From IMG/VR virus record IMGVR_UViG_3300020469_003527, positions 1-56,290 of that record: DNA of 56,290 bases; one strand, written 5' to 3'. Under the pieces are notes generated by a model. The model was not told where the DNA came from. It saw nothing but the letters and a program-made list of their open reading frames with translations, and ran no database searches. This document shows positions 1-10,003 of this stretch, piece after piece; the first letter of the stretch is position 1, and each line of letters opens with the position of its first letter. The DNA is from a virus. Lineage: Duplodnaviria; Caudoviricetes. The translations under genes were made by a program, and so were the position numbers.

Positions 1-380
1 TGCCAACGCCAGATATCATCAGCTTCTTCTACAGTACTACTTACGCTAAACTCTGCACCACTACCAAAATTAAAAAACTTGCAATAACCTTTTTCTGGAG
101 TTGCTATTCTTTTTAAGTTATAAAACATCAATAGATTATCTTTAAAAATGTTATTGTCTATAATGTTAGGAGTTTCTCGTCCTGCCGATGCACAATGCAT
201 AATTACATCAAAAGGGCCTTTTTCTATTGCATAGTAAGTTACAGCCATTGTTGATGTCAAATTTAATTCATCTCTGTTAGGACAAAACAATTCATACTTT
301 TTGTCTAGTTTAGATTTTATCTTCTTCTTTAAAAATTTTCCGACAAAACCTGTAGAGCCTGTTAATAACATTTTTTTCAT
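1..380 (-). CDS. NAD-dependent epimerase/reductase (extended SDR), runs off the window edge
   Basis: Not in ORF track; read manually from ATG at 380: MKKMLLTGSTGFVGKFL (GxxGxxG), later HCAS and FNFGSGAE; follows the TPP enzyme by 2 nt. Confidence 0.8.
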   Translation of the reverse strand, partial: MKKMLLTGSTGFVGKFLKKKIKSKLDKKYELFCPNRDELNLTSTMAVTYYAIEKGPFDVIMHCASAGRETPNIIDNNIFKDNLLMFYNLKRIATPEKGYCKFFNFGSGAEFSVSSTVEEADDIWRW

Positions 381-382
381 AA

Positions 383-2146
383 TCAACCTCTAGCAAAATC
401 TACAAACTTATTATTTTCAACATATTCCTTATTTGTAATGTAAGGAAACTGGTCGTTGATTGGTCTGCCACCTTCTAACTTAGGCTCTATTAAAACTCTT
501 TCATCAATGACAAATTCGATTAGCAATCTTTTATTTTCACGCTTAAACATATTTTCATTAACTTGGTCAATTGATGTAACTCTTAAATAATCCATAGAAT
601 ACGCAGTAGCTATACCTGAAAGATTAGGTCTGCCTGGACCTTGACCATTTCCTGTAGCGTGATGTCTGCCTCCCATGTAAGTATTCTGAAATTGTCTTAT
701 CATACCTAAACCATGATTGTTAAATACAACGACAGTAATTCCTAAATCATACTCAAGCATTGTTTGTAATTCTTGGATATTCATTTGAATTCCGCCATCA
801 CCATTAAAACTAATTACTTGTCTATCAGGATTATTTAACTTCGCTCCTATAGATGCAGGCAAACTGTAGCCCATAGCATAATGACCTGATGATGTTGTAA
901 GAAGTTGATTTTTTCTTCTATTAAACATTTGATAAACCCATACATGATTAGCACCAGCATCAGCAAATAGCATAGCATCATCATCTATAATTTCATTCAT
1001 TTTTTGCACAACTTCGTAAGGATTTAAACTTTTATATTTTTTAGGTTCAGTAGAGATATCAACATTGTAATACTTTTCTTTCATCTCTTTTAAATAGCTT
1101 ACCCACTCTGAAGAGTATTCAGGCAATTTATAGTTCTCTAATACTTTAGGAAGATGAACTAAATCTAAAATCTCTCTTTTCCATTCGGAGTCATACTTTA
1201 CTAATTCTTCTCCATCAATATCAATAACCATAACTTTAGATTGAGGTGCAAATAGTTTAGGATTTCCAGATCGTTGCCTGTTGTCAAGTCTTGACCCTAA
1301 GACCAAAATATTACTCGCATTTTGAATAATATAATTTGCACCTCGATTACCATAAACTCCAAAATGCCCATAATAATTAGGTAGTGAATGTTCAAATGAA
1401 TTAAGTGCTGACCAACTTGAAACAAAAGGCACACAATTATCAATTAGCCATTCATTAAGTTGTTCTGAAACACCTGATAGTTCTACGCCTGCTCCATAAA
1501 CTACTAAAGGCCTTTCAGAGTCTTTAAAAAATTCAGATATGTTATTTCGTATTTCTTCAATTTTAATTGATGAAGATACTATCATTTTTACTTCTGGTAA
1601 CAGGAGTTCGCTGTTTTCCATTTCATCAGTCTGTACGTCCATAGGAATATCAATTAAAACAGGACCGCCTCTACCCTCAAATGCTTTTTCATAACATGTT
1701 TTTAATTCTTGTCTTAATTCTTCTCCATTCGTGACAGCTACAGCATAATTAGTAATCGGTTTAACCATACTAACTATATCCATTTGCTGAAAACCTGCTT
1801 GTCTTACTTTTGCTCCATTATATTGACCAACTTCTTTTCCATTTACTTGACCGCAAATGTGAAAACTAGGTATGCTATCAAAATATCCACAAGCGATACC
1901 TGTTACTAAATTAGATGCACCTGGACCACTTGTACAAAAAGTTGCTCCTATCTTTTTTCTATTAGTGGTTCTCCAAACAGCATCAGCGGCCATAGCCGCC
2001 CCTTGTTCATGTTGAAAGCATGTATAATTTATATTTTCTTTTGCAATCGCATCTACCATAAAAGAACATGCACCACCTTGTACTAAAAAAACATTATCTA
2101 CTTCAATAGCTTTTAAAAATTTAGCTATGTATTCTTTACCTTTCAT
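383..2146 (-). CDS. Thiamine-diphosphate-dependent carboligase, acetolactate-synthase fold, YerE-like
   Basis: HEQGAAMAAD catalytic Glu, TSGPGASN, TPP motif GDGG...FNN; lies directly after rfbH. Confidence 0.85.
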   Translation of the reverse strand: MKGKEYIAKFLKAIEVDNVFLVQGGACSFMVDAIAKENINYTCFQHEQGAAMAADAVWRTTNRKKIGATFCTSGPGASNLVTGIACGYFDSIPSFHICGQVNGKEVGQYNGAKVRQAGFQQMDIVSMVKPITNYAVAVTNGEELRQELKTCYEKAFEGRGGPVLIDIPMDVQTDEMENSELLLPEVKMIVSSSIKIEEIRNNISEFFKDSERPLVVYGAGVELSGVSEQLNEWLIDNCVPFVSSWSALNSFEHSLPNYYGHFGVYGNRGANYIIQNASNILVLGSRLDNRQRSGNPKLFAPQSKVMVIDIDGEELVKYDSEWKREILDLVHLPKVLENYKLPEYSSEWVSYLKEMKEKYYNVDISTEPKKYKSLNPYEVVQKMNEIIDDDAMLFADAGANHVWVYQMFNRRKNQLLTTSSGHYAMGYSLPASIGAKLNNPDRQVISFNGDGGIQMNIQELQTMLEYDLGITVVVFNNHGLGMIRQFQNTYMGGRHHATGNGQGPGRPNLSGIATAYSMDYLRVTSIDQVNENMFKRENKRLLIEFVIDERVLIEPKLEGGRPINDQFPYITNKEYVENNKFVDFARG

Positions 2147-2168
2147 ATCGCCGCCTTTCTATTAATAA

Positions 2169-3473
2169 TCAAGTCATAAACTTTTGTAAAACATATCCTA
2201 TATATTCTATTTGCTCTGGTGTAATTACAGGACTTGTACCATGAAAGTATGTATGTGTCATGGTGTACGTTGCTACAGGAAAATTGTTCTTAGCATCTTC
2301 AGGATTCATTAAATGCGAATACGCAGGCTGTAGCATTATATTACCTGCAAAATAAGGTCTTGTTTGAATCTTATGGTCTTCAAAGTAATTTACTAAATCA
2401 GTTCTAGTAAATGGAGCATCTTCACGAATCGTTATAGGAAAAGCAAACCACGATGGATTTGACAAGGCTCTCGGTCTAGGCAAATGGAAAAATTGTTCAT
2501 ACTTTTCATACATCGAGAAAAGAAGTCGATAATTTCTTCGTCTGAGTTCGTGAATTTTATCGAGCCTTTCCAATTGCACTAGACCAATCGCACCCTGTAA
2601 ATCTATAGGTTTTAAATTATAACCTATTTCATCGTAAACATACTTATGATCGAATACTTCTCCTGTCATTGTGGGAATCCATTCTGAAAATCTTTTTTTG
2701 CATGTTCCATTTTTTAGCACGTTAGCTTTTGGTCCTACACAATAACACCCTCTTCCCCATTCTCTAAATGACCTAACAACAATTTCTAATTGTTCAGATT
2801 CGCACGTTACAAATCCACCTTCACCCATAGTCATATGATGAGCAGGATAAAAAGAACATGATGCCATAGAACCAAAACTTCCTAATGATTTACCATCATA
2901 AGTTGACCCTAAGGCATCACAACAATCTTCTAATAAAACTAAATCGTATTTCTTTACTAGTGCCATTACATCATTCATGTTCGGAGGATTGCCTAATACA
3001 TGAGCGAATGTAATAACTTTAATATCATGTTCTTTAATTAAATCTTCAGCTTTAGTTAAATCTAAATTTAGAGTTTCTAATTCAATATCTAAAAACACAG
3101 GCTCAAATCCTACTTGAATTGTAGGATTAAGTGTTGTTGGAAAACCTGCAATCGGCATAAGAACTTTTGTGCCTTTTGGAAAGTTCGTGTATCGTTTTGA
3201 TGTTAACGCTGACATCATTAGTAAGTTTGAACTTGACCCAGAGTTTGTTAAAACTCCATGTTTTCTTTCCATTTGTTTTGGGAATTTGCTTTCAAATCTT
3301 ATACACGCTTTACCCATGACAAGCCAACCATCTAACAAAGATTCAATTGCCGCCATGTACTCTTCTTCAAAAAAGTATGGTCCTGCGTAGTGAACTAAAT
3401 CTTCACCAGCTTTCCATTCATGATTTTTCTTTAATATATTTTTTCTTACTATATCTAATAAATTTGAATTCAT
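2169..3473 (-). CDS. rfbH: CDP-4-keto-6-deoxyglucose 3-dehydratase E1 (RfbH/DdhC/AscC)
   Basis: DegT/DnrJ fold, NSGSSSNLL, EDCCDALGS, SFYPAHH (His replacing Lys), WGRGCYC, YDEIGYNLK. Confidence 0.9.
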   Translation of the reverse strand: MNSNLLDIVRKNILKKNHEWKAGEDLVHYAGPYFFEEEYMAAIESLLDGWLVMGKACIRFESKFPKQMERKHGVLTNSGSSSNLLMMSALTSKRYTNFPKGTKVLMPIAGFPTTLNPTIQVGFEPVFLDIELETLNLDLTKAEDLIKEHDIKVITFAHVLGNPPNMNDVMALVKKYDLVLLEDCCDALGSTYDGKSLGSFGSMASCSFYPAHHMTMGEGGFVTCESEQLEIVVRSFREWGRGCYCVGPKANVLKNGTCKKRFSEWIPTMTGEVFDHKYVYDEIGYNLKPIDLQGAIGLVQLERLDKIHELRRRNYRLLFSMYEKYEQFFHLPRPRALSNPSWFAFPITIREDAPFTRTDLVNYFEDHKIQTRPYFAGNIMLQPAYSHLMNPEDAKNNFPVATYTMTHTYFHGTSPVITPEQIEYIGYVLQKFMT

Positions 3474-4264
3474 TAAAAATATCCTATATTATCTCTTGGA
3501 AACCAAACATCACCATGTCCATGTGGAGTTGTCATGTACTCTGACTGATAATCTTTTCTTATCTCATATCTTAAATCTTTACCAAGACCTATAGCTATTG
3601 CTAGAGCAGAACTTTGATTACCTAAAAACATCTCACACCCATTTATGTATCTCGCTAATTCTAATAAATCATTTGTTCTTTGATATCTTATATCACATTT
3701 AAATTCATCACAGAAATCTGTATGTTCTTGTTCTGTTCCTACAAAAAAACAATCATCAGATATAAACTTTTCATAAACTTTTTTAGAATCTCCTGTTTCT
3801 CCATGATGATGCCTAGAGGTTCTGTTTATACAAATTTTTTCAGGCTGATAGATAGGATCAATATTGTTTAACCATGGAAGTCTAATCAAAGCATTGCTGA
3901 TTTTTTCATCATGTATATTTAAGTTTTGAGTAAGAGCATAACATTCTGTTTGATTACCTCTCCATCTATCTCCCATTAAATGAAATCTATAATGATTTTC
4001 AAAATCAACGTCAATAGACTGGTCTTTATAAACATCAACATCATGGAGATAATCTTGTGCTTTTAATAAAGGTACTAACATGTCATAATCTTTTTGTGTA
4101 TATCTTCCTGTTCCAGGACCTGCATCAGTCCAGCGTAAAACTTCTTTACAAAAATAATTTAAGTAGTTCAACTTTATGTACATGTTACCGCCACCTAAAA
4201 GTTTGACTACACAAAGACTATAAATTGTATCACCGAATGTTCCAAAATGAGAAAAATTTTTCAT
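3473..4264 (-). CDS. Putative glycosyltransferase (GT9/heptosyltransferase-like)
   Basis: GTFGDTI N-terminal motif and LLELARYINGCEMFLGNQSSALAIA C-terminal motif; sugar cluster context. Confidence 0.6.
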   Translation of the reverse strand: MKNFSHFGTFGDTIYSLCVVKLLGGGNMYIKLNYLNYFCKEVLRWTDAGPGTGRYTQKDYDMLVPLLKAQDYLHDVDVYKDQSIDVDFENHYRFHLMGDRWRGNQTECYALTQNLNIHDEKISNALIRLPWLNNIDPIYQPEKICINRTSRHHHGETGDSKKVYEKFISDDCFFVGTEQEHTDFCDEFKCDIRYQRTNDLLELARYINGCEMFLGNQSSALAIAIGLGKDLRYEIRKDYQSEYMTTPHGHGDVWFPRDNIGYF

Positions 4265-4331
4265 TTTACCAAAGGGCTACTAAAAATACAAGTGCTATAG
4301 ACATTAAAAATATATAAAGATAAATTTTCAT

Positions 4332-4994
4332 TTATTCCACCATAAATTTTTTGTACTCATGATAAAGGGCAATTCTACTTTCTAAATTTATTCCTGGCCA
4401 ATGAATTAGAAAATCACCGTGCTTCCAATTTCCATCATGCCCTAATTTATCAACGTGAGGAGGAGGGCAATCAGGATATAAATTATAATTATAAGAATTA
4501 AATGTTCTCTGAGGAACATATCTCATGATAGGAGAATATTGAGTAGCGTGGTCAATCATTGCTTGTTGTTCTGCCCAATTGTCATTTTTGTATTTGTCTA
4601 GTTGGTCGCAAATAAAATTTATATAGTTTACGCCTGCTTCAGAATTTTTTATCAAAAAACTATCAGCATTTATATCTCTATAATCTTTAGATATAATCAA
4701 GTGTGCGTTTTCATCAGCATGTTCTTTAATGATATCTTCAAGTTTGATTGTCATGTTTGTTATCATTGAATCACAACCAGTAAACCATACCCAATCAATA
4801 TCTGAATGTGCAGTAAATATTTCTAAGATATAAAATAGTTTTTTAAATCCATGGGGAACATCATCATTAGCATATATCTTACAAAGTGGCTCATAGCCAT
4901 GTCTTTGTGCGTATACTCTTTTATTATCTGTCCATGTGTGATTACCTAACTCACAATAACTATAGTCATAAGAATTAGCAATACCAATTTTCAT
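4332..4994 (-). CDS. Glycosyltransferase, GT34 (GMA12/MNN10-like)
   Basis: NKRVYAQRHGY, WVWFTGCDSMITN, EQQAM, GDFLIHWPG. Confidence 0.75.
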   Translation of the reverse strand: MKIGIANSYDYSYCELGNHTWTDNKRVYAQRHGYEPLCKIYANDDVPHGFKKLFYILEIFTAHSDIDWVWFTGCDSMITNMTIKLEDIIKEHADENAHLIISKDYRDINADSFLIKNSEAGVNYINFICDQLDKYKNDNWAEQQAMIDHATQYSPIMRYVPQRTFNSYNYNLYPDCPPPHVDKLGHDGNWKHGDFLIHWPGINLESRIALYHEYKKFMVE

Positions 4995-4995
4995 A

Positions 4996-5580
4996 TTAAA
5001 CCTTTTGTAAAATTATCTCAATTGCACAGTCTCCGAAAGAATGATATGTTTGATCAAATCTTTCACGACCATATCTGAATGTTGCATCTAATAACTCTAT
5101 CTTACATATTTTAATATTTTCTTGTGTAGAAAGCAAGTCAAAAACATTAATTGATGAGTTTTTATTCCATGATTCTTTTTTATTGATTGTGAATGTGCAT
5201 TTGTGGTCGCCATTAAATGTGCTAGGAAAAACTCCTTGTTCATATAAATCTTCATCAGGAATTACAATAACTAAATGTCCATTCTTTTTTGTAACTCTTA
5301 TCCAATTTTTTAATCCTGTATGAGCATCATGCAAATGCTCTAAACAATGACTTGAATGAACAAAATCGTAAGACTCGTCTTTTGCTGTTTTCATAAATTG
5401 TGCATCACCATCAGGCAAATCCCATGATTTGATAGAACTTATCATAGGAAAAAATTCTTTATACTTGTCTAGGGAATCTTCGCCTGACCCAATATCTATA
5501 CCGTCACCTACAAAATATCTAGTCGCAAATCTGTGGTCATGAAATCGTCTTAATACACATTTACCAGTTTCATCTGACAT
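4996..5580 (-). CDS. Class I SAM-dependent methyltransferase
   Basis: GIDIGSG, YDFVHSSHCLEH; start moved to MSDET (5580) behind a GGAG SD. Confidence 0.8.
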   Translation of the reverse strand: MSDETGKCVLRRFHDHRFATRYFVGDGIDIGSGEDSLDKYKEFFPMISSIKSWDLPDGDAQFMKTAKDESYDFVHSSHCLEHLHDAHTGLKNWIRVTKKNGHLVIVIPDEDLYEQGVFPSTFNGDHKCTFTINKKESWNKNSSINVFDLLSTQENIKICKIELLDATFRYGRERFDQTYHSFGDCAIEIILQKV

Positions 5581-5590
5581 ACTATCTCCA

Positions 5591-6271
5591 TTATGTTTTT
5601 TGTAAATATAACTCGTCAAATAACTTTCTATAAGATATAAAGTCTTTTATATAATCATCTCTCTTTTTTGTGAAAACTTGTGCATTGCCTTCTTGTACTG
5701 CAATTATTATAACTAATTCCGTAATTGGAATCTTTGTAATCTCCTCATACATTACAGCATAGGCTGAACATTGCATGAAATAATTTTGAATCCAATGTTC
5801 TTTCTTTTCTTTTGTTGAAGTTTTAAAATCAATAACTGAAAGTTTATTATCATACTCTGCAATACAATCAACTCTGCCTGCAACTCTCAAATGATGAGAA
5901 TAAAGAGGAACTTCAAGTGCATGTATGTTAGTAATTTTGTTATCTAGTATAGATTTAATTTTGTAAAACATACCTAAATCATTTACATTACAACCTTGTT
6001 TATAATACATTTCATTGTTTAGATATTTTTCACAAAGGTTATGCACTCTAGTTCCTCTTGCAGATGCTTGAGTAGAAATTTTATTAGCTTTTTCTTCGCC
6101 AACTCTTTTACGCCAGTCCATTATAGCTTTTTTACTATGCAATCCTGTAACTGTAGTAACTGATGGATATTTTTCACCCATAGGAGTGACGTAATATCTT
6201 TTATCATTTACAATTTCTGACTCTAAATCATCATATTCTAAGTCAACTCCTACATGATAAAAATTTTGCAT
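5591..6271 (-). CDS. PD-(D/E)XK exonuclease typical of T4-like phages
   Basis: YPSVTT, RGTRVH, GRVDCI...IDFKTS, YFMQCSAY; adjacent to phoH. Confidence 0.85.
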   Translation of the reverse strand: MQNFYHVGVDLEYDDLESEIVNDKRYYVTPMGEKYPSVTTVTGLHSKKAIMDWRKRVGEEKANKISTQASARGTRVHNLCEKYLNNEMYYKQGCNVNDLGMFYKIKSILDNKITNIHALEVPLYSHHLRVAGRVDCIAEYDNKLSVIDFKTSTKEKKEHWIQNYFMQCSAYAVMYEEITKIPITELVIIIAVQEGNAQVFTKKRDDYIKDFISYRKLFDELYLQKT

Positions 6272-6274
6272 AAT

Positions 6275-7066
6275 TTATATTATTCCTTGTTCTAGTTTAC
6301 TTAGTATATATTCCTTTACAAGTTCACTTCTCACTATATCTTCTTTATTAAATTCAACACAACTAAATGATTGCATGGAATTTAAAACTTTCATGAATAA
6401 AAGAAGTCCTTCTTTTTCACTTTGTCTATATAAATCGCTTTGTCTAAAATCACCGCAAAATAAAACTTTACAGTTTTCTCCTAGTCTTGTAATAACAGAA
6501 TCTAATTCGTGATATGACATATTTTGGCATTCATCAACTACTACAATAGTATCTTGCAAAGTTAATCCTCTAATGAAAGATGTGGTTACAAATTCTATTA
6601 CCCCTTGTTTTTTTAAAAAATCGTAAACATCTTTTTTAGGATAAAATAATTCATTAATTATAGAAACATAAGGTTGCTCGTAAACTCTAGCCTTCTCTAT
6701 ATTATCTCCTGGTAAAAATCCCATATCTCTTGTGGGAACTACGCTTCTCACAATAGTTACTTTTTCTTTTATAGAATTGCTATTTAATATTTCATCAAGG
6801 GCTAGGTATAACGATATAAATGTTTTACCTGTTCCTGCTAAACCATGAAGTAAGATATTTTTATCTTTATCAAAATAATCAAATGCCCTCTGTTGATTTA
6901 ATGTAATAGGATTTGTGCGTTTAGGCGAAAGATTTTTCAATTGATTTTTTGTTTGATTTTCTTTTTGTATTTTTCTTCTTTCACGTTTGGTCATCTTTAT
7001 TACGTTTGAAAATCTGTGGTCATGCTGTGGATAATCCTCAAGAGTGGTATCAAAATGAGTTGTCAT
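6275..7066 (-). CDS. phoH: PhoH-family ATPase
   Basis: GLAGTGKT, MGFLPG, FIRGLT, VDECQN, GDFRQSD, DIVRS. Confidence 0.95.
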   Translation of the reverse strand: MTTHFDTTLEDYPQHDHRFSNVIKMTKRERRKIQKENQTKNQLKNLSPKRTNPITLNQQRAFDYFDKDKNILLHGLAGTGKTFISLYLALDEILNSNSIKEKVTIVRSVVPTRDMGFLPGDNIEKARVYEQPYVSIINELFYPKKDVYDFLKKQGVIEFVTTSFIRGLTLQDTIVVVDECQNMSYHELDSVITRLGENCKVLFCGDFRQSDLYRQSEKEGLLLFMKVLNSMQSFSCVEFNKEDIVRSELVKEYILSKLEQGII

Positions 7067-7093
7067 ATCACTCCTTTGCGAATAGGTTGATGT

Positions 7094-7330
7094 TTACCAA
7101 GTGTTGATAGTCGATTTAGGGTGAGCCTCTTTTGCTTTTTGAAGTACTTCTTTGAATCCAGCATCAGGCTTTTTTATTCCTAATCTAATCGGGTCACCTA
7201 GACTTGGCGCCGTTATAATCACGGGTTCATATAAAGGATTTTTTTTGAGAAAATTATCCCTCTCACTAATTTTCATTACTTTTTCTATGATTTCGTTTGT
7301 TTCGATATTCTTAAAATTATATGTAGGCAT
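7094..7330 (-). CDS. Conserved T4-like small protein, FmdB-like N-terminus without Cys
   Basis: MPTYNF start; KPDAGFKEVL; position before phoH. Confidence 0.55.
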   Translation of the reverse strand: MPTYNFKNIETNEIIEKVMKISERDNFLKKNPLYEPVIITAPSLGDPIRLGIKKPDAGFKEVLQKAKEAHPKSTINTW

Positions 7331-7895
7331 TGGCTGTATTTAGTTGTTTAACACCTTCTGTATACCATTTAGGTGCGTTTCCATTCTTCCATTTCGCAAA
7401 ATAGTTCTTTTCATGTATATAGTAGTTTTTGTAAGATTGTATCACATTATTTTGAACTTTATGCTCTTCAGGCATTGCAGGAGGAGGCGGAGAAAATAAT
7501 TTATCAATAGAAGAATTAGGAGGATTCTTTAACGCTTTTTCTAAACCGCTTGAACGAATTAAATGTATTTTTCCATATCTATTGGTATACTCGGTAAGAC
7601 AAGCAGTAAGAAGATTATGTAGCCAAGTGTAGTGCTGTGTTGATAGTCGTACCCACACCGCACTAGGGTGGTTAATATGACCTGCTTTATAAAGAATATT
7701 TTCTCTTTCATCTGTAAGTCTCCATCTTTTGATTTTCCTGCCGTTTTTAGAAAGGTCTGTATACTCAACTCCATCTTGCATTCTATGGGCAGTTGATAAC
7801 AACTGAGCATATTCGATAACCATTTTAACTACATGTTTATCACATGTCATTTCAGCACATTTTTTTACATCGTGGTCTAAATAAAATATATTCAT
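7317..7895 (-). CDS. Pyrimidine-dimer DNA glycosylase / endonuclease V-like protein
   Basis: MNIFYLD...CDKHVVKMVIEYAQLLSTAH, HINHPSAVW, PPAMP. Confidence 0.75.
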   Translation of the reverse strand: MNIFYLDHDVKKCAEMTCDKHVVKMVIEYAQLLSTAHRMQDGVEYTDLSKNGRKIKRWRLTDERENILYKAGHINHPSAVWVRLSTQHYTWLHNLLTACLTEYTNRYGKIHLIRSSGLEKALKNPPNSSIDKLFSPPPPAMPEEHKVQNNVIQSYKNYYIHEKNYFAKWKNGNAPKWYTEGVKQLNTANAYI

Positions 7896-8113
7896 TTTTT
7901 ACCCCATAGAAAAGATACATATACTGTAGCAAAAATTACTAAGAATGTCAAAAACTCGTCTAAAGCACTAACATTTTCTTTGACAAATTCTCCAAAGACA
8001 GCAATTGTAAAAAGAGCAGTTAAATAGGAACAAAGCATAACTAAAATCGAATGTCTTAAAATACCTCCTACAAGACCTCCCAAAAAAATTATGTAATCTT
8101 TCATTACTTCCAC
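7892..8113 (-). CDS. Small membrane protein
   Basis: Two hydrophobic segments; overlaps neighbouring genes. Confidence 0.55.
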   Translation of the reverse strand: MEVMKDYIIFLGGLVGGILRHSILVMLCSYLTALFTIAVFGEFVKENVSALDEFLTFLVIFATVYVSFLWGKK

Positions 8114-8304
8114 AATCCTTTTTCTTTTTCTTCAGCAAGAGTATTTACAATTTGCCCAAAAACTTTTTTAGAATTATCTTCAATTTGAATTTGATGGTCA
8201 ATTACTTCTTTTATCTCCCTAACAAAACCTTCTGTTATAGGACTTCCATGTCTTATAGAAGAATCAAGATAAGTTGAAATTGTTTCTAACTTCATCATAG
8301 TCAC
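8104..8304 (-). CDS. Hypothetical protein
   Basis: Packed ORF in operon. Confidence 0.5.
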   Translation of the reverse strand: MTMMKLETISTYLDSSIRHGSPITEGFVREIKEVIDHQIQIEDNSKKVFGQIVNTLAEEKEKGLWK

Positions 8305-8513
8305 GCCTCCATTCTTGTTAGTTTACCTAAGACGTACCAATCACTATGATAGCTTCTTGTGATTTTACCTTTCTTAGTCTTTCTAATACATTCAGACGCC
8401 AACTCATGACCTGTATACTGCTCTAAATATTTTATGGCTTCATCTTCATGTCTAAAAATTTTCATGCCAGTATTGTTCAGCATGTTAGGCTTCGCTTTAA
8501 AATACATAATCAA
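8301..8513 (-). CDS. Hypothetical protein
   Basis: Packed ORF with 4-nt overlaps. Confidence 0.5.
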   Translation of the reverse strand: MIMYFKAKPNMLNNTGMKIFRHEDEAIKYLEQYTGHELASECIRKTKKGKITRSYHSDWYVLGKLTRMEA

Positions 8514-9121
8514 GTTCTCCTATTATAAAAATTAATATTCAAATTACTTCCCTTAACATATGGAACGCTTTTGTATAATGCAAATTTCTTTTCAACTTCT
8601 TCAAAAACATTCACTCCATCATCTTCCCATACAATATAATTTTCATCAGTTACTTTAGTAGGAACAAATCTATTTTTTTCATTTATTAAAATAAAAGTTC
8701 CTGTTCCTTTAATTTGTTGTGATATATTTTCGACTTCTTCAGCAACATTTTCTACATGCTGTAAACAAAATGCAGAAACTATACAGTCAAAAGTATTTTT
8801 TTCCGCAGGCAATTTTATTGTAGGAATAAAAAGTTCGCTAGGAATATACTTCTTTGCAAAGTATAACATACTCTGACTAGTATCATATCCTGTAACATAA
8901 TCAGCAAATTGTCTGATAATTCCTAAAGAAATTCTTCCCATTCCACAACCATAATCTAACCATGTGCGGCCGTTGTAACTACAAATCTCATTTGACAATG
9001 AACGTACAACGTGATTTGTTTCTTCTTCAAACTTATTAGGATTATTAGGGTCATTAGTAAGTGCTACATGTTTAGCATTTTCTAATGTTGTTACTTCAAA
9101 AGTTTCTTTTATATAACTCAT
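8510..9121 (-). CDS. Class I SAM-dependent methyltransferase
   Basis: WLDYGCGMGR, GYDTSQSML, FDCIVSAFCLQH. Confidence 0.85.
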   Translation of the reverse strand: MSYIKETFEVTTLENAKHVALTNDPNNPNKFEEETNHVVRSLSNEICSYNGRTWLDYGCGMGRISLGIIRQFADYVTGYDTSQSMLYFAKKYIPSELFIPTIKLPAEKNTFDCIVSAFCLQHVENVAEEVENISQQIKGTGTFILINEKNRFVPTKVTDENYIVWEDDGVNVFEEVEKKFALYKSVPYVKGSNLNINFYNRRT

Positions 9122-9122
9122 A

Positions 9123-9410
9123 TTACTTAACTATTGCCTTATTTAATTCGATTGCCTCTTGATGATGCTTAGTGTGAGTGTATTGAACACAATCAACATC
9201 ATCTAAGTTTTCGCTTTTCTGTTCAACTTTAGTACATACGAATTCATTTTTTTGTAACATGTAATGAGTATCTTGCTTTTCAGTTTTAACTTCATCAAGT
9301 TCTACTTTTTTAGCAAAAGCCATGAAATAACCAGCGGCAATAATTGCTACTAATGTTATACCCATAAGAATTCGTAAGACACGTTTACTGAATAAAATAA
9401 TTTTAGACAC
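9123..9410 (-). CDS. Membrane-anchored hypothetical protein
   Basis: N-terminal TM, two Cys; GTG start after GGAG. Confidence 0.55.
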   Translation of the reverse strand: MSKIILFSKRVLRILMGITLVAIIAAGYFMAFAKKVELDEVKTEKQDTHYMLQKNEFVCTKVEQKSENLDDVDCVQYTHTKHHQEAIELNKAIVK

Positions 9411-9518
9411 TTCGCTCTCCTATATCATAAAGGCTAATGCTATCCAAAAACAAAATGTATAGACATATAACCAAAAGATTATTTTTAAGAATGTTTTAAA
9501 TATTGTAATCATAGTATT

Positions 9519-9547
9519 ATTATCGTCTTTTTTTCAAAAAACTTCAA
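9519..9547 (-). promoter_or_regulatory. Putative sigma70-type early promoter
   Basis: Minus strand TTGAAG-N17-GATAAT upstream of a small hydrophobic ORF starting at 9511. Confidence 0.4.
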
Positions 9548-9572
9548 GTGTCTTTGTTGTATTGCTACAACA

Positions 9573-10001
9573 TTAAGCAAATAATTCTGGTAAAGCCTCT
9601 TGAACTATTTTTTTATTTATATTTTTGACTTTTAATTTCTTATCTTTCATCTTTACAATCAGTTCAGCTTCCTCAGGTGATAAGGATTCTAAGATATCAA
9701 TGAAAAGTTTTTCTTTCTTTATAATAGGTAAATTATTACCTGGAAGAAAGTATTGCATTTTTCTCCATTCGGCAGGAATTCTATTTGAGTCTGTATCTCT
9801 TAATTCCTCGTGCTGAGTGTATGGAGGTTTACCCTCGGGCAAATCCAATTTAATATCTGTAAAATTATATTTTAAAATATCTTTAAAATATGGGAGCAAA
9901 TTTGCTATGGCTTTAATTGCACCTACTCTTTTTTTAGGAGATAATTCTGATATATGATTAAATATTCCTAAGACTGTCATTTGACTTACGTCTATTGCCA
10001 T
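9573..10001 (-). CDS. Conserved T4-like hypothetical protein downstream of rnh
   Basis: LPEGKPPY, KEKLFIDILESLSPEEAELIVKMKDK. Confidence 0.65.
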   Translation of the reverse strand: MAIDVSQMTVLGIFNHISELSPKKRVGAIKAIANLLPYFKDILKYNFTDIKLDLPEGKPPYTQHEELRDTDSNRIPAEWRKMQYFLPGNNLPIIKKEKLFIDILESLSPEEAELIVKMKDKKLKVKNINKKIVQEALPELFA

Positions 10002-10003
10002 GT

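Noticed and set aside
383-2146. Branched-chain amino acid acetolactate synthase
   Set aside because: No regulatory subunit or ilv genes; flanked by rfbH and a sugar SDR
5591-6271. Exonuclease as Cas4
   Set aside because: Lacks the four-Cys Fe-S arrangement and CRISPR context; standard T4-like gene beside phoH
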